A DNA stretch of 64,000 nt from a virus (Duplodnaviria; Heunggongvirae; Uroviricota; Caudoviricetes), in the IMG/VR virus record IMGVR_UViG_2721755721_000001; one strand, written 5' to 3'. The position numbers were made by a program, and so were the translations under genes. Every line of letters starts with the position of its first letter. Within the stretch, counting starts at the first letter, position 1. This document shows positions 18,076 through 28,954 of the stretch, piece by piece. The notes under the pieces are model-generated. The model ran no database searches. It saw nothing but the letters and a program-made list of their open reading frames with translations, and was not told the origin of the DNA.

Positions 18076-19014
18076 ATGACAAATACAGCAAAAATACTCA
18101 ACTTCGGCAGAGGTAACTTTGCCGAACAGGAGCGTAATGTGGCAGATCTCGATGATGGTTACGCCAGACTATCAAATATGCTGCTTGAGGCTTATTCAGG
18201 CGCAGATCTGACCAAGCGACAGTTTAAAGTGCTGCTTGCCATTCTGCGTAAAACCTATGGGTGGAATAAACCAATGGACAGAATCACCGATTCTCAACTT
18301 AGCGAGATTACAAAGTTACCCGTCAAACGGTGCAATGAAGCCAAGTTAGAACTCGTCAGAATGAATATTATCAAGCAGCAAGGCGGCATGTTTGGACCAA
18401 ATAAAAACACCTCAGAATGGTGCATCCCTCAAAACGAGGGAGGTTCCCCTAAAATGAGGGACATCCCTCAAAACGAGGGAAAATCCCCTAAAACGAGGGA
18501 TAAAACATCCCTCAAATTAGGGGATTGCTATCCCTCAAAACAGGGGGACACAAAAGACACTATTACAAAAGAAAAAAGAAAAGATTATTCGTCCGAGAAT
18601 TCTGGCGAATCCTCTGACCAGCCAGAAAACGATCTTTCTGTGGTTAAACCGGATGCTGCAATTCAGAGCGGCAGCAAGTGGGGGACAGCAGAAGACCTGA
18701 CCGCCGCAGAGTGGATGTTTGACATGGTGAAGACCATCGCGCCATCAGCCAGAAAACCGAATTTTGCAGGGTGGGCTAACGATATCCGCCTGATGCGTGA
18801 ACGTGACGGACGTAACCACCGCGACATGTGCGTGCTGTTCCGCTGGGCATGCCAGGACAACTTCTGGTCCGGTAACGTGCTTAGCCCGGCCAAACTCCGC
18901 GACAAGTGGACCCAGCTCGAAATCAACCGTAACAAGCAACAGGCAGGCGTGACAGCCAGCAAACCAAAACTCGACCTGACAAACACTGACTGGATTTACG
19001 GGGTGGATTTATGA
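18076..19014 (+). CDS. O: replication initiator O
   Basis: 312 aa with ori iterons embedded mid-gene; followed by P. Confidence 0.9.
   Translation: MTNTAKILNFGRGNFAEQERNVADLDDGYARLSNMLLEAYSGADLTKRQFKVLLAILRKTYGWNKPMDRITDSQLSEITKLPVKRCNEAKLELVRMNIIKQQGGMFGPNKNTSEWCIPQNEGGSPKMRDIPQNEGKSPKTRDKTSLKLGDCYPSKQGDTKDTITKEKRKDYSSENSGESSDQPENDLSVVKPDAAIQSGSKWGTAEDLTAAEWMFDMVKTIAPSARKPNFAGWANDIRLMRERDGRNHRDMCVLFRWACQDNFWSGNVLSPAKLRDKWTQLEINRNKQQAGVTASKPKLDLTNTDWIYGVDL
18424..18549. repeat. lambda-type ori iterons (about 6 copies of ATCCCTCAAAACGAGGGA-like 18-mers) inside O
   Basis: Direct repeats tccctcaaaacgaggga / tcccctaaaatgaggga etc. Confidence 0.85.
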
Positions 19015-19712
19015 AAAACATCGCCGCACAGATGGTTAACTTTGACCGTGAGCAGATGCGTCGGATCGCCAACAACATGCCGGAACAGTACGACGAAAAG
19101 CCGCAGGTACAGCAGGTAGCGCAGATCATCAACGGTGTGTTCAGCCAGTTACTGGCAACTTTCCCAGCGAGCCTGGCTAACCGTGACCAGAACGAACTGA
19201 ACGAAATCCGCCGCCAGTGGGTTCTGGCTTTCCGGGAAAACGGGATCACCACAATGGAACAGGTTAACGCAGGAATGCGCGTAGCCCGTCGGCAGAATCG
19301 ACCATTTCTGCCATCACCCGGGCAGTTTGTTGCATGGTGCCGGGAAGAAGCATCCGTTACCGCCGGACTGCCAAACGTCAGCGAGCTGGTTGATATGGTT
19401 TACGAGTATTGCCGGAAGCGAGGCCTGTATCCGGATGCGGAGTCTTATCCGTGGAAATCAAACGCGCACTACTGGCTGGTTACCAACCTGTATCAGAACA
19501 TGCGGGCCAATGCGCTTACTGATGCGGAATTACGGCGCAAGGCTGCCGATGAACTGACCTGTATGACAGCGCGAATTAACCGTGGTGAGACGATACCTGA
19601 ACCAGTAAAACAACTTCCTGTCATGGGCGGCAGACCTCTAAATCGTGTTCAGGCGCTGGCGAAGATTGCAGAAATTAAAGCTAAGTTCGGACTGAAAGGA
19701 GCAAGTGTATGA
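19011..19712 (+). CDS. P: lambda replication protein P (DnaB loader)
   Basis: 233 aa, matches lambda P as recalled. Confidence 0.9.
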   Translation: MKNIAAQMVNFDREQMRRIANNMPEQYDEKPQVQQVAQIINGVFSQLLATFPASLANRDQNELNEIRRQWVLAFRENGITTMEQVNAGMRVARRQNRPFLPSPGQFVAWCREEASVTAGLPNVSELVDMVYEYCRKRGLYPDAESYPWKSNAHYWLVTNLYQNMRANALTDAELRRKAADELTCMTARINRGETIPEPVKQLPVMGGRPLNRVQALAKIAEIKAKFGLKGASV

Positions 19713-19999
19713 CGGGCAAAGAGGCAATTATTCATTACCTGGGGGCGCATAATAGCTTCTGTGCGCCGGACGTTGCCGCGCTAACAGGCGCAACAGTAAC
19801 CAGCATAAATCAGGCCGCGGCTAAAATGGCACGGGCAGGTCTTCTGGTTATCGAAGGTAAGGTCTGGCGAACGGTGTATTACCGGTTCGCTACTAGGGAA
19901 GAACGGGAAGGAAAGATGAGCACGAACCTGGTTTTTAAGGAGTGTCGCCAGAGTGCCGCGATGAAACGGGTATTGGCGGTATATGGAGTTAAAAGATGA
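19709..19999 (+). CDS. ren: lambda Ren
   Basis: 96 aa, MTGKEAIIHYLGAHNSFCAPDVAALTG... Confidence 0.85.
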   Translation: MTGKEAIIHYLGAHNSFCAPDVAALTGATVTSINQAAAKMARAGLLVIEGKVWRTVYYRFATREEREGKMSTNLVFKECRQSAAMKRVLAVYGVKR

Positions 20000-20072
20000 C
20001 CATCTACATTACTGAGCTAATAACAGGCCTGCTGGTAATCGCAGGCCTTTTTATTTGGGGGAGAGGGAAGTC

Positions 20073-20513
20073 ATGAAAAAACTAACCTTTGAAATTCGAT
20101 CTCCAGCACATCAGCAAAACGCTATTCACGCAGTACAGCAAATCCTTCCAGACCCAACCAAACCAATCGTAGTAACCATTCAGGAACGCAACCGCAGCTT
20201 AGACCAAAACAGGAAGCTATGGGCCTGCTTAGGTGACGTCTCTCGTCAGGTTGAATGGCATGGTCGCTGGCTGGATGCAGAAAGCTGGAAGTGTGTGTTT
20301 ACCGCAGCATTAAAGCAGCAGGATGTTGTTCCTAACCTTGCCGGGAATGGCTTTGTGGTAATAGGCCAGTCAACCAGCAGGATGCGTGTAGGCGAATTTG
20401 CGGAGCTATTAGAGCTTATACAGGCATTCGGTACAGAGCGTGGCGTTAAGTGGTCAGACGAAGCGAGACTGGCTCTGGAGTGGAAAGCGAGATGGGGAGA
20501 TCGGGCTGCATGA
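20073..20513 (+). CDS. ninB: NinB recombination protein
   Basis: MKKLTFEIRSPAHQQNAIHAVQQILPDPTKP... Confidence 0.85.
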   Translation: MKKLTFEIRSPAHQQNAIHAVQQILPDPTKPIVVTIQERNRSLDQNRKLWACLGDVSRQVEWHGRWLDAESWKCVFTAALKQQDVVPNLAGNGFVVIGQSTSRMRVGEFAELLELIQAFGTERGVKWSDEARLALEWKARWGDRAA

Positions 20514-21037
20514 CTATCAAATCAAATACGCCAGCACACGACAAGGACTGCTGGCAAACGCCGCTTTGGCTTTTTGATGCACTGGATATTGAGTTTGGAT
20601 TCTGGCTGGATTCGGCAGCGAGCGACAAAAATGCTCTGTGTGCTCACTGGCTAACTGAGGCCGACGACGCGCTCAATTCTGAGTGGGTAAGCCACGGTGC
20701 AATCTGGAATAACCCACCGTACAGCAATATCAGGCCGTGGGTGGAAAAAGCCGCTGAGCAGTGCATACAACAGCGACAGACGGTAGTTATGCTTGTGCCA
20801 GAGGATATGTCAGTCGGATGGTTCAGCAAGGCTCTGGAGAGTGTCGACGAAGTTCGCATTATCACTGATGGACGGATTAATTTTATCGAACCATCGACAG
20901 GGCTGGAGAAGAAGGGAAACAGCAAAGGCTCCATGCTGCTGATTTGGCGACCGTTCATCAGTCCTCGACGGATGTTTACTACCGTATCCAAAGCGGCATT
21001 GATGGCGATCGGGCAGGGCGTCAGGAGGGCGGCATGA
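20510..21037 (+). CDS. phage DNA N6-adenine methyltransferase (Dam family)
   Basis: [15 protein letters not shown] and NPPYS motifs; occupies the ninC/ninD slot. Confidence 0.8.
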   Translation: MTIKSNTPAHDKDCWQTPLWLFDALDIEFGFWLDSAASDKNALCAHWLTEADDALNSEWVSHGAIWNNPPYSNIRPWVEKAAEQCIQQRQTVVMLVPEDMSVGWFSKALESVDEVRIITDGRINFIEPSTGLEKKGNSKGSMLLIWRPFISPRRMFTTVSKAALMAIGQGVRRAA

Positions 21038-21216
21038 GGCGACAGCGACGAAGTTTCACCGACATAATCTGTGAAAACTGCAAATACCTTCCAACGAAAC
21101 GCTCCAGAAATAAACGCAAGCCAATCCCAAAAGAATCTGACGTAAAAACCTTCAATTACACGGCTCACCTGTGGGATATCCGGTGGCTAAGACATCGTGC
21201 GAGGAAAACAAGGTGA
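21034..21216 (+). CDS. ninE: NinE
   Basis: [40 protein letters not shown]... Confidence 0.75.
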   Translation: MRRQRRSFTDIICENCKYLPTKRSRNKRKPIPKESDVKTFNYTAHLWDIRWLRHRARKTR

Positions 21217-21490
21217 TTGACGCGATGATTTATTCGGGGCTATATTCCTCACGCGCCAGCAAAATCTGGCGTCGGGATTGGCGTCCTGGATAGAGACCGC
21301 GACAGATACACGCCGCGAGCGTGTTTTTTATTGTCGTATGCACGCGCACATCTGAATTATGGTGGGCTGTGTGGGGGCGGAGAGATCCGCGCCGGTCGGT
21401 TTCCCGGTTACGCCAACCCTGCACAGTTCACCACCAGACGATTGGCGTCGTCGGTGGTGAGTTATTAAGAAACCACCAGAGGGCGTCATT

Positions 21491-22225
21491 ATGACAACTC
21501 AAATTTCTGTTGAAACTCTCTCCCCGATCACCCATAACCAGATTCCTGTTATTACCACCGAACTTTTGGCGCAGCTTTACGGCACTGAGCCGGTGCGTAT
21601 TCGCCAGAATCATCATGAGAACAAAGTACGCTTCGTTGAAGGGAAACACTTTTTCAAAGTTGTTGGTAATGACCTTAAAGAATTGCGGGTAGCTTTAAAC
21701 TACTCACAAAATTTGCGGGTTACTTTAAGTAACTCACAAAATTTGCAACCATCTTTAAGAGGGTTACAAATTTCCCCGAAAGCCCGCTCCCTCATACTCT
21801 GGACAGAACGAGGCGCAGCCCGTCACGCAAAAATGCTCGAAACTGATCAGGCGTGGGATGTGTTCGAAAAACTGGAAGACTGCTATTTCAGCCAGTGCGA
21901 GAAAAATACTGGCAAACAAGAGAAGAAGCTCAACGGGCTTTCCGCAAAAGAAACAGACAGCCTTGTATGGCTGTGGGATTATGCCAACCGCTCACAGGCA
22001 TTGTTCCGTGAGTTGTATCCCGCATTAAAACTGATTCAGTCTGGCTATTCCGGCATATGCCACGACTACGGCTATGAGTTCTCGTATATCATCGGGAGGG
22101 CGAGGGGCGTTTTAATTAATCACACGCGGGATATAGATATTTATGAGCCTGACGGGCCGACGAACCTTCTGGCATGGGAAAGGCTTAAGAACAAAGAGTT
22201 GCCGCCTTCACTGCATCGCTACTGA
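21491..22225 (+). CDS. ORF6N-domain antirepressor-like DNA-binding protein
   Basis: N-terminus [38 protein letters not shown] typical ORF6N domain; internal short repeats. Confidence 0.65.
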   Translation: MTTQISVETLSPITHNQIPVITTELLAQLYGTEPVRIRQNHHENKVRFVEGKHFFKVVGNDLKELRVALNYSQNLRVTLSNSQNLQPSLRGLQISPKARSLILWTERGAARHAKMLETDQAWDVFEKLEDCYFSQCEKNTGKQEKKLNGLSAKETDSLVWLWDYANRSQALFRELYPALKLIQSGYSGICHDYGYEFSYIIGRARGVLINHTRDIDIYEPDGPTNLLAWERLKNKELPPSLHRY

Positions 22226-22293
22226 CAATTGACAACTTAACAAACCCAGCTTCGGCTGGGTTTTTTATTGCTGAATTTTCAATGTGAGAGGAC

Positions 22294-23022
22294 ATGACAA
22301 TGAATGAGCTGATAAATAGCAATGCCATCAAAATGACAAGCATTGAAATCGCTGAGTTGGTGGGAAGCCAACACGGTAATGTCAGAATATCAATAGAACG
22401 TCTGGCAAAGCGTGGGGTGATTCAACTTCCTTCAATGCAAAAAGTTGAAAATAAACAAACAATTAGCCCTAACAAATTCACAAGCGTGTATATATTCGAA
22501 GGCGAACAAGGTAAGCGAGACAGCATTATTGTCGTCGCTCAGTTGTCGCCGGAATTCACCGCTCGCCTTGTTGACCGCTGGCGAGAACTCGAAGGGGCAA
22601 CCGCGAAAATACCACAAACCTTTTCTGAGGCATTGCGCCTTGCGGCCGACCTTGAAGACCAGAAGGCTGAACTGGAGAAACAGCTTGCTCTCGCAGCACC
22701 TAAAGTTGAGTTTGCCGATCGCGTTGGCGAGGCCAGCGGAATTTTGATTGGAAACTTTGCAAAGGTTGTTGGTATTGGTCCAAACAAACTGTTTGCGTGG
22801 ATGCGCGATCACAAAATCCTTATTGCTTCAGGTGCCCGGCGCAATGTGCCAATGCAGGAATATATGGATCGCGGCTATTTCACAGTGAAAGAAACAGCGG
22901 TCAATACAAATCACGGAATACAGATATCGTTCACCACAAAAATCACCGGGCGTGGTCAACAGTGGCTGACAAGAAAGCTGCTAGATAACGGAATGCTTAA
23001 AGTAACAGGGGAGGCTGCTTAA
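22294..23022 (+). CDS. Rha-family regulator with KilAC antirepressor domain
   Basis: N-terminal [27 protein letters not shown] (Rha), C-terminal KilAC-like region. Confidence 0.7.
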   Translation: MTMNELINSNAIKMTSIEIAELVGSQHGNVRISIERLAKRGVIQLPSMQKVENKQTISPNKFTSVYIFEGEQGKRDSIIVVAQLSPEFTARLVDRWRELEGATAKIPQTFSEALRLAADLEDQKAELEKQLALAAPKVEFADRVGEASGILIGNFAKVVGIGPNKLFAWMRDHKILIASGARRNVPMQEYMDRGYFTVKETAVNTNHGIQISFTTKITGRGQQWLTRKLLDNGMLKVTGEAA

Positions 23023-23627
23023 TGGCTAAACCAGCGCGAAGGAAATGCAAAATCTGTAAGGAATGGTTTCACCCGGCATTCTCAAATCAGTGGTGGTGCA
23101 GCCCGGAACACGGAACTAAATTAGCGCTCGAACGACGAAATAAAGAACGCGAAAAGGCGGAAAAAACAGCAGAGAAGAAACGACGACGAGAGGAGCAGAA
23201 ACAGAAAGATAAACTTAAGATTCGAAAACTCGCCTTAAAGCCCCGCAGTTACTGGATTAAACAAGCCCAACAAGCCGTAAACGCCTTCATCAGAGAAAGA
23301 GACCGCGACTTACCATGTATCTCGTGCGGAACGCTCACGTCTGCTCAGTGGGATGCCGGACATTACCGGACAACTGCTGCGGCACCTCAACTCCGATTTG
23401 ATGAACGCAATATTCACAAGCAATGCGTGGTGTGCAACCAGCACAAAAGCGGAAATCTCGTTCCGTATCGCGTCGAACTGATTAGCCGCATCGGGCAGGA
23501 AGCAGTAGACGAAATCGAATCAAACCATAACCGCCATCGCTGGACTGTCGAAGAGTGCAAGGCGATCAAGGCAGAGTACCAACAGAAACTCAAAGACCTG
23601 CGAAACAGCAGAAGTGAGGCTGCATGA
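23022..23627 (+). CDS. ninG: NinG (Rap) recombination endonuclease
   Basis: [31 protein letters not shown]... Confidence 0.85.
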   Translation: MAKPARRKCKICKEWFHPAFSNQWWCSPEHGTKLALERRNKEREKAEKTAEKKRRREEQKQKDKLKIRKLALKPRSYWIKQAQQAVNAFIRERDRDLPCISCGTLTSAQWDAGHYRTTAAAPQLRFDERNIHKQCVVCNQHKSGNLVPYRVELISRIGQEAVDEIESNHNRHRWTVEECKAIKAEYQQKLKDLRNSRSEAA

Positions 23628-24289
23628 ATATCTACGAAAGAATTGATGGCAGCAAATACCGAAATATTTGGGTAGTTGGCGATCTGCACGGATGCTACAC
23701 GAACCTGATGAAAAAACTGGAGACGATAGGATTCGACACCAAAAAAGACCTGCTTATCTCGGTTGGCGATTTGGTTGATCGTGGTGCAGAGAACGTTGAA
23801 TGCCTGGAATTAATCACATTCCCCTGGTTCAGAGCTGTACGTGGAAACCATGAGCACATGATGATTGATGGCTTATCAGAGCGTGGAAACGTCAATCACT
23901 GGCTGCTTAATGGCGGTGGCTGGTTCTTTAATCTCGATTACGACAAAGAAATTCTGGCTAAAGCTCTTGCCCATAAAGCAGATGAACTTCCGTTAATCAT
24001 CGAACTGGTGAGTAAAGGAAAAAAATATGTCATCTGCCACGCCGATTATCCTTGTGATGAATACGAGTTTGGAAAGCCAGTTGATCATCAGCAGGTAATC
24101 TGGAACCGCGAACGAATCAGCAACTCACAAGACGGGATCGTGAAAGAAATCAAAGGCGCGGACACGTTCATCTTTGGTCATACGCCAGCAGTGAAACCAC
24201 TCAAGTTTGCCAACCAGATGTATATCGATACCGGCGCAGTGTTCTGCGGAAACCTCACATTGATTCAGGTACAGGGAGAAGGCGCATGA
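23624..24289 (+). CDS. lambda-type Ser/Thr protein phosphatase (NinI)
   Basis: GDLHG, GDLVDRG, GNHE metallophosphatase motifs. Confidence 0.9.
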   Translation: MNIYERIDGSKYRNIWVVGDLHGCYTNLMKKLETIGFDTKKDLLISVGDLVDRGAENVECLELITFPWFRAVRGNHEHMMIDGLSERGNVNHWLLNGGGWFFNLDYDKEILAKALAHKADELPLIIELVSKGKKYVICHADYPCDEYEFGKPVDHQQVIWNRERISNSQDGIVKEIKGADTFIFGHTPAVKPLKFANQMYIDTGAVFCGNLTLIQVQGEGA

Positions 24290-24909
24290 GACTCGAAAGC
24301 GTAGCTAAATTTCATTCGCCAAAAAGCCCGATGATGAGCGACTCACCACGGGCTACGGCTTCTGACTCTCTTTCCGGTACTGATGTGATGGCTGCTATGG
24401 GAATGGCGCAATCACAAGCCGGATTCGGAATGGCTGCATTCTGTGGTAAGCACGAACTCAGCCAGAACGACAAACAAAAGGCTATCAACTATCTGATGCA
24501 ATTTGCACACAAGGTATCGGGGAAATACCGTGGTGTGGCAAAGCTCGAAGGAAATACTAAGGCAAAGGTACTGCAAGTGCTCGCAATATTTGCTTATGCG
24601 GATTATTGCCGTAGTGCCGCGACGCCGGGCGCAAGATGCAGAGATTGCCACGGTACAGGTCGGGCAGTTGATATAGCCAAAACAGAGCTGTGGGGGAGAG
24701 TTGTTGAGAAAGAATGCGGAAGATGCAAAGGTGTCGGCTATTCAAGAATGCCAGCAAGCGCCGCATATCGCGCTGTAACGATGCTAATCCCAAACCTTAC
24801 TCAACCCACCTGGTCACGCACTGTTAAGCCGCTGTATGACGCTCTGGTTGTGCAATGCCACAAGGAAGAGTCAATCGCAGACAACATTTTGAATGCGATC
24901 ACACGTTAG
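24286..24909 (+). CDS. Q: late antiterminator Q (lambda Q type)
   Basis: 207 aa, zinc-finger CRDCHGTG...CGRCKG; matches lambda Q. Confidence 0.9.
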   Translation: MRLESVAKFHSPKSPMMSDSPRATASDSLSGTDVMAAMGMAQSQAGFGMAAFCGKHELSQNDKQKAINYLMQFAHKVSGKYRGVAKLEGNTKAKVLQVLAIFAYADYCRSAATPGARCRDCHGTGRAVDIAKTELWGRVVEKECGRCKGVGYSRMPASAAYRAVTMLIPNLTQPTWSRTVKPLYDALVVQCHKEESIADNILNAITR

Positions 24910-24939
24910 CGCCATGATTGCCACGGATGGCAACATATT

Positions 24940-24995
24940 AACGGCATAATATTGACTTTTTGAATAACTTTGGGGAAACTTGACACCAATAATGG
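24940..24995 (+). promoter_or_regulatory. putative late promoter pR'/qut region
   Basis: attgactttttgaataactttggggaaacttgaca resembles the lambda pR' region just downstream of Q. Confidence 0.35.
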
Positions 24996-25145
24996 GCGTT
25001 TTTTACATGTCATTGATGAGCTCAATAACCTGCCGCCGAGTAGTTTTTATGCTCTGAATTGTATTTGTGTAGTAAACATGCTGACTGCAATGTAATAGAG
25101 TTTTTTTAGCCTGTAACCTCTTGACGGCATTGAATTGCTTTTGTT

Positions 25146-25904
25146 ATGAGTTGTAAGCCAATGTTATCATCTTGTATTGGGGTGGTTATGAAGGATGGTG
25201 CGCTGCTCAGGAGTTCTTCACTTTTTATTGCCTACATGGGATGCCTTGGATGGGGGAGTGCTTATTTCTATGGATGGGGTACTTCTTTTTACTACGGCTT
25301 CCCATGGTGGATTGTAGGTGCAGGTGTTGATGATGTTGCCAGAAGTTTATTTTTTGCAGTTATCGTCATTGCTATATTTCTTATCGGTTGGGGTATTGGT
25401 GTTGTATTCTTTTTCGCAGTGAAAAGAAAACATTCTATGCAAGAGCTAAATGTATTTCGCCTTTATTTTGCTGTGGAATTATTGTTTGTGCCGGCAATTA
25501 TTGAGTTTTCTATATTGAGACAGAAGATTCAGGTACCTCTTTTGCTACTGTCAGCAGCGATTGCGCTGGCGGTTACAATTTCGATAAGATCTTATGGGCG
25601 ATTTTTATCGGTATCATGCTTCTATGATAAGCCATTTATAAAAAAACATTTTTTTGAGATTGTGATGATTGCTTTTGTGGCATATTTCTGGCTTTTTTCA
25701 TTTCTGACAGGATATTACAAACCACAGTTTAAGAAAGAATATGAAATGATTAATTATAATGATGATTGGTATTATGTTCTTGCTCGTTATGATAATTGTC
25801 TGGTTTTGTCTACTTCTTTCAATGCAGGTAGTAAAAGGTTTGTCATTTATCAATCAGCACAAGATAAGAATCTTCAGGTTGATATTGTAAGGACCAGAAT
25901 TTAA
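25146..25904 (+). CDS. hypothetical multi-pass membrane protein (252 aa; start may be the internal MKDGALL)
   Basis: AT-rich ORF with 4-5 hydrophobic segments; located between Q and the lysis genes. Confidence 0.55.
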   Translation: MSCKPMLSSCIGVVMKDGALLRSSSLFIAYMGCLGWGSAYFYGWGTSFYYGFPWWIVGAGVDDVARSLFFAVIVIAIFLIGWGIGVVFFFAVKRKHSMQELNVFRLYFAVELLFVPAIIEFSILRQKIQVPLLLLSAAIALAVTISIRSYGRFLSVSCFYDKPFIKKHFFEIVMIAFVAYFWLFSFLTGYYKPQFKKEYEMINYNDDWYYVLARYDNCLVLSTSFNAGSKRFVIYQSAQDKNLQVDIVRTRI

Positions 25905-26445
25905 TTGGCTGCATAAATAATATTTTAAGTTGCAAGTTGGCTATTCGTAGGAATAGAACCTCAGGCATGCTGAATGCGTTTTCTGAACATTGTTTTATAA
26001 ACTGTGTCTGCTTGCTGTTGTGATCCTGCTTTTAGTGATGGTGATGATGGATTTCACCAGCAGGATAATGTTGGTACTGACTGATGGCGCTCTGGTCTGC
26101 GGCATTGTGGTATTGCTGTGGCCGATGATGAAAGAACAGAATGAATAATTCTTGACTTTTTTGTTTACTGTTTATTAAAAAACCAACCGCATGGTGAATC
26201 CTCCTTGGAGGGGCTAAATGATCGAGTTTTAAGGGCACGTAGCGAGTTCTGTTTGATCATTGCAGAACTTAGCGGGAGGCGCCATGCGTACATCACTAGT
26301 GTTATTCCTTTTATCATTTTCCTTGTGAGTTCTGGCTGCGCATTGCGCAGCTTTTTTTTATGACCTGCCACTGGCAGATGGTCATCCTGTGATTTGATTC
26401 CGGTTCCGGCTTTTTAACTCTGTTCCTGTACACGGGAGAAATTCG

Positions 26446-28296
26446 ATGTCGATTAAACATTACGATGTTGTCAGGGCGGCGTCGCCGTCAGACCTTGCGG
26501 AAAAGCTGACACACAAACTGAAAGAGGGCTGGCAGCCATACGGCGGACCGGTTGCCATTACGCCGTACACACTGATGCAGGCGGTGGCTATTGAAGGAGA
26601 GCCACAGGTCGGCCCTTCATCTGAGCCGGATTGGTACTACGTCATCGTACTGGCCGGGCAGTCCAATGCCATGGCTTACGGTGAAGGGCTTCCGCTGCCG
26701 GATTCATACGATGCTCCGGATCCGCGCATTAAACAGCTGGCGCGCCGCAGTACAGTGACGCCGGGCGGGGCTGCCTGCAGATATAACGATATTATTCCGG
26801 CTGACCACTGTCTGCATGATGTGCAGGATATGAGTACGCTGAATCATCCGAGGGCTGACCTGAGCAAAGGGCAGTACGGCTGTGTCGGCCAGGGTTTACA
26901 TATTGCCAAAAAACTGCTCCCGTATATCCCGAATAACGCGGGGATCCTGCTGGTACCATGCTGTCGTGGTGGTTCGGCATTTACCCAGGGCGCGGAGGGG
27001 ACATTCAGCGAGTCCACGGGGGCCAGTCAGGATTCGGCACGCTGGGGGGTGGGCAAGCCGTTATATCAGGATCTGATTTCCCGCACAAAAGCGGCATTGC
27101 AGAAAAATCCCAAAAACGTTCTGCTGGCCGTCTGCTGGATGCAGGGTGAGTTTGACATGAGCGCCGCCACCCACGCACAGCAACCTGCGCTGTTTACAGC
27201 CATGCTGACACAGTTTCGTGCTGACCTCTCCGTGTTTAACGCGCAGTGCCATGGTGGCAGCGCTGCAGATGTGCCGTGGATTTGTGGTGACACGACGTAT
27301 TACTGGAAAAATACATACGCTACCCAATACGACACCGTGTACGGCGGGTATAAAAACAGGGAGAGTGAGGGCGTTTATTTTGTGCCCTTCATGACAGACG
27401 GTAACGGCGTCAATACCGCCACTAACGCGCCGGCAGAAGATCCGGATATTCCGGCATCAGGATATTACGGTGCGGCATCGAGAACGAATGGAAACCAGGT
27501 ATCATCAAACCGCCCGACACATTTCAGTTCATGGGCGCGCAGGAGCATTATTCCGGATCGTCTGGCAACCGCTATTCTGAACGCAGCCGGGCGCACCTCA
27601 GCCTTCATCAGTGGTAAGGCACCGGAAATCAAACCCTCGCCCGGCGGCAACACACCATCGGGTCCGTCTGCAGATACGTCCGTTCGCACAATCTCCCTGC
27701 TGCCGACAGCCGGAGAGGCTGCTGCGCAGGGCTGGACCATTAAGGACGGCGGAATTCAGTTGTCGGGTGGTGTATTTAAGATCGCCAAGCAGAGCAATAA
27801 AACCTGGTCCCTGACGCATCCGGTGGATGACGCAATTACCCTGCTGACACAGGGCGGCAGACTGACCTGTAAGTTCCGCCTGTCAGGCGCACTGACCAAC
27901 AATCAGTTCGGGCTGGGGATTTATCTGTATACGGATGCTCCCGTTCCTGATGGTGTGGCGATGACGGGTACCGGTAATCCGTTCCTGATGTCGTACTTCA
28001 CTCAGACCACTGACGGCAGAGTGAATCTGATGCATCACAGGAAAGCCGGAAACACGAAGCTGGGGGAGTTCGGCGATTACGGTAACGACTGGCAGACGCT
28101 GGAGCTGGTGTTCACCGCCGGCAGTGCCACGGTTACTCCGAAACTGAATGGAGTGGCTGGCCCGGCATTCCAGGTTATAAAAGACAGTCTGACACTGGGA
28201 CTGAATGCGCTGACGCTGACGGATGTTACAAAAAATGCAGCGTATGGCGTTGAGATAGAAAGTCTGGTGCTGGAGATAAATGCACCGGCAGCATAA
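26446..28296 (+). CDS. nanS: NanS-p-like prophage sialate O-acetylesterase (DUF1737 + SGNH/SASA domain)
   Basis: N-terminal MSIKHYDVVRAASPSDLAEKLTHKLKEGWQPYGGPV, then VIVLAGQSNAMAYGEG esterase motif; classic position downstream of Q. Confidence 0.8.
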   Translation: MSIKHYDVVRAASPSDLAEKLTHKLKEGWQPYGGPVAITPYTLMQAVAIEGEPQVGPSSEPDWYYVIVLAGQSNAMAYGEGLPLPDSYDAPDPRIKQLARRSTVTPGGAACRYNDIIPADHCLHDVQDMSTLNHPRADLSKGQYGCVGQGLHIAKKLLPYIPNNAGILLVPCCRGGSAFTQGAEGTFSESTGASQDSARWGVGKPLYQDLISRTKAALQKNPKNVLLAVCWMQGEFDMSAATHAQQPALFTAMLTQFRADLSVFNAQCHGGSAADVPWICGDTTYYWKNTYATQYDTVYGGYKNRESEGVYFVPFMTDGNGVNTATNAPAEDPDIPASGYYGAASRTNGNQVSSNRPTHFSSWARRSIIPDRLATAILNAAGRTSAFISGKAPEIKPSPGGNTPSGPSADTSVRTISLLPTAGEAAAQGWTIKDGGIQLSGGVFKIAKQSNKTWSLTHPVDDAITLLTQGGRLTCKFRLSGALTNNQFGLGIYLYTDAPVPDGVAMTGTGNPFLMSYFTQTTDGRVNLMHHRKAGNTKLGEFGDYGNDWQTLELVFTAGSATVTPKLNGVAGPAFQVIKDSLTLGLNALTLTDVTKNAAYGVEIESLVLEINAPAA

Positions 28297-28743
28297 TAAA
28301 AAAAGAGCCAGCGACTGACCTGAAAGAAGACGCTGGCTAAAAGGCCTTATATGTTTGTAGAGACTTATTTTTCACAGACAGCAATGATGCCTGTCAATAT
28401 ATTATCAATATGCGGATTGTTTCAGTTACAGATGCTTTATTAAGGAAAAAAACAGCCAGCACTGACTTTCGGTGGAGAGGTGCTGGCTCAGAAGGATAGT
28501 TGGATTTCACATGATACTTATGCCTGGCGGTATATTTTCTGACAGACAGTGACGGGTGTTGTCAAGATATTGTGTCATTTATAACCTGAATCAGGGGAGG
28601 CCGGAATGTTATCTGGCATTTTTAGCAGAGCCTGAATGCCATAATCACGGCTCCCGGAGTTGGCCGTCAGTGGGTGACACTGGCGGTTTTTTTGTTTTTC
28701 TTTACTTTCATTTTCTGTCGGCGGTGACGGAGACATACATCAG

Positions 28744-28950
28744 ATGGAAAAAATCACAACGGGTGTGTCATACACCACGTCAGCGGTGGGGACGGGATAC
28801 TGGTTACTGCAGCTGCTGGACAAAGTCTCTCCGTCCCAGTGGGTGGCAATCGGTGTGCTGGGGAGTCTGCTGTTTGGCCTGCTGACGTATCTGACTAACC
28901 TTTATTTCAAGATTAAAGAAGATAAGCGTAAGGCGGCGCGGGGAGAGTAA
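28744..28950 (+). CDS. class II holin (phage-21 S-like pinholin)
   Basis: 68 aa, two TM segments, charged C-terminus [13 protein letters not shown]; precedes a SAR endolysin. Confidence 0.75.
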   Translation: MEKITTGVSYTTSAVGTGYWLLQLLDKVSPSQWVAIGVLGSLLFGLLTYLTNLYFKIKEDKRKAARGE

Positions 28951-28954
28951 AGCG

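Noticed and set aside
18424-18549. Short direct repeats that could be mistaken for a CRISPR array
   Set aside because: Repeats are 18-19 bp with 3-6 bp spacers inside the O gene; these are lambda-type ori iterons. No CRISPR array is present in the window.
26032-26238. 68-aa minus-strand ORF ending in a His-rich tail
   Set aside because: Antisense to a plausible plus-strand hydrophobic micro-ORF; the His run comes from an ATGGTGATGATGG repeat; no Shine-Dalgarno.
24910-26445. Shiga toxin (stxA/stxB) or tRNA genes expected downstream of Q in Stx-type prophages
   Set aside because: No AB5 toxin ORFs or tRNA-like sequences present; the interval holds a membrane-protein moron and the nanS-p-like gene instead.
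28300-28500. Two inverted repeats (gccagcg...cgctggc, gccagcac...gtgctggc) after nanS-p as possible terminators
   Set aside because: Loops are 17 nt or longer and lack a clean downstream T-run; not reported as features.
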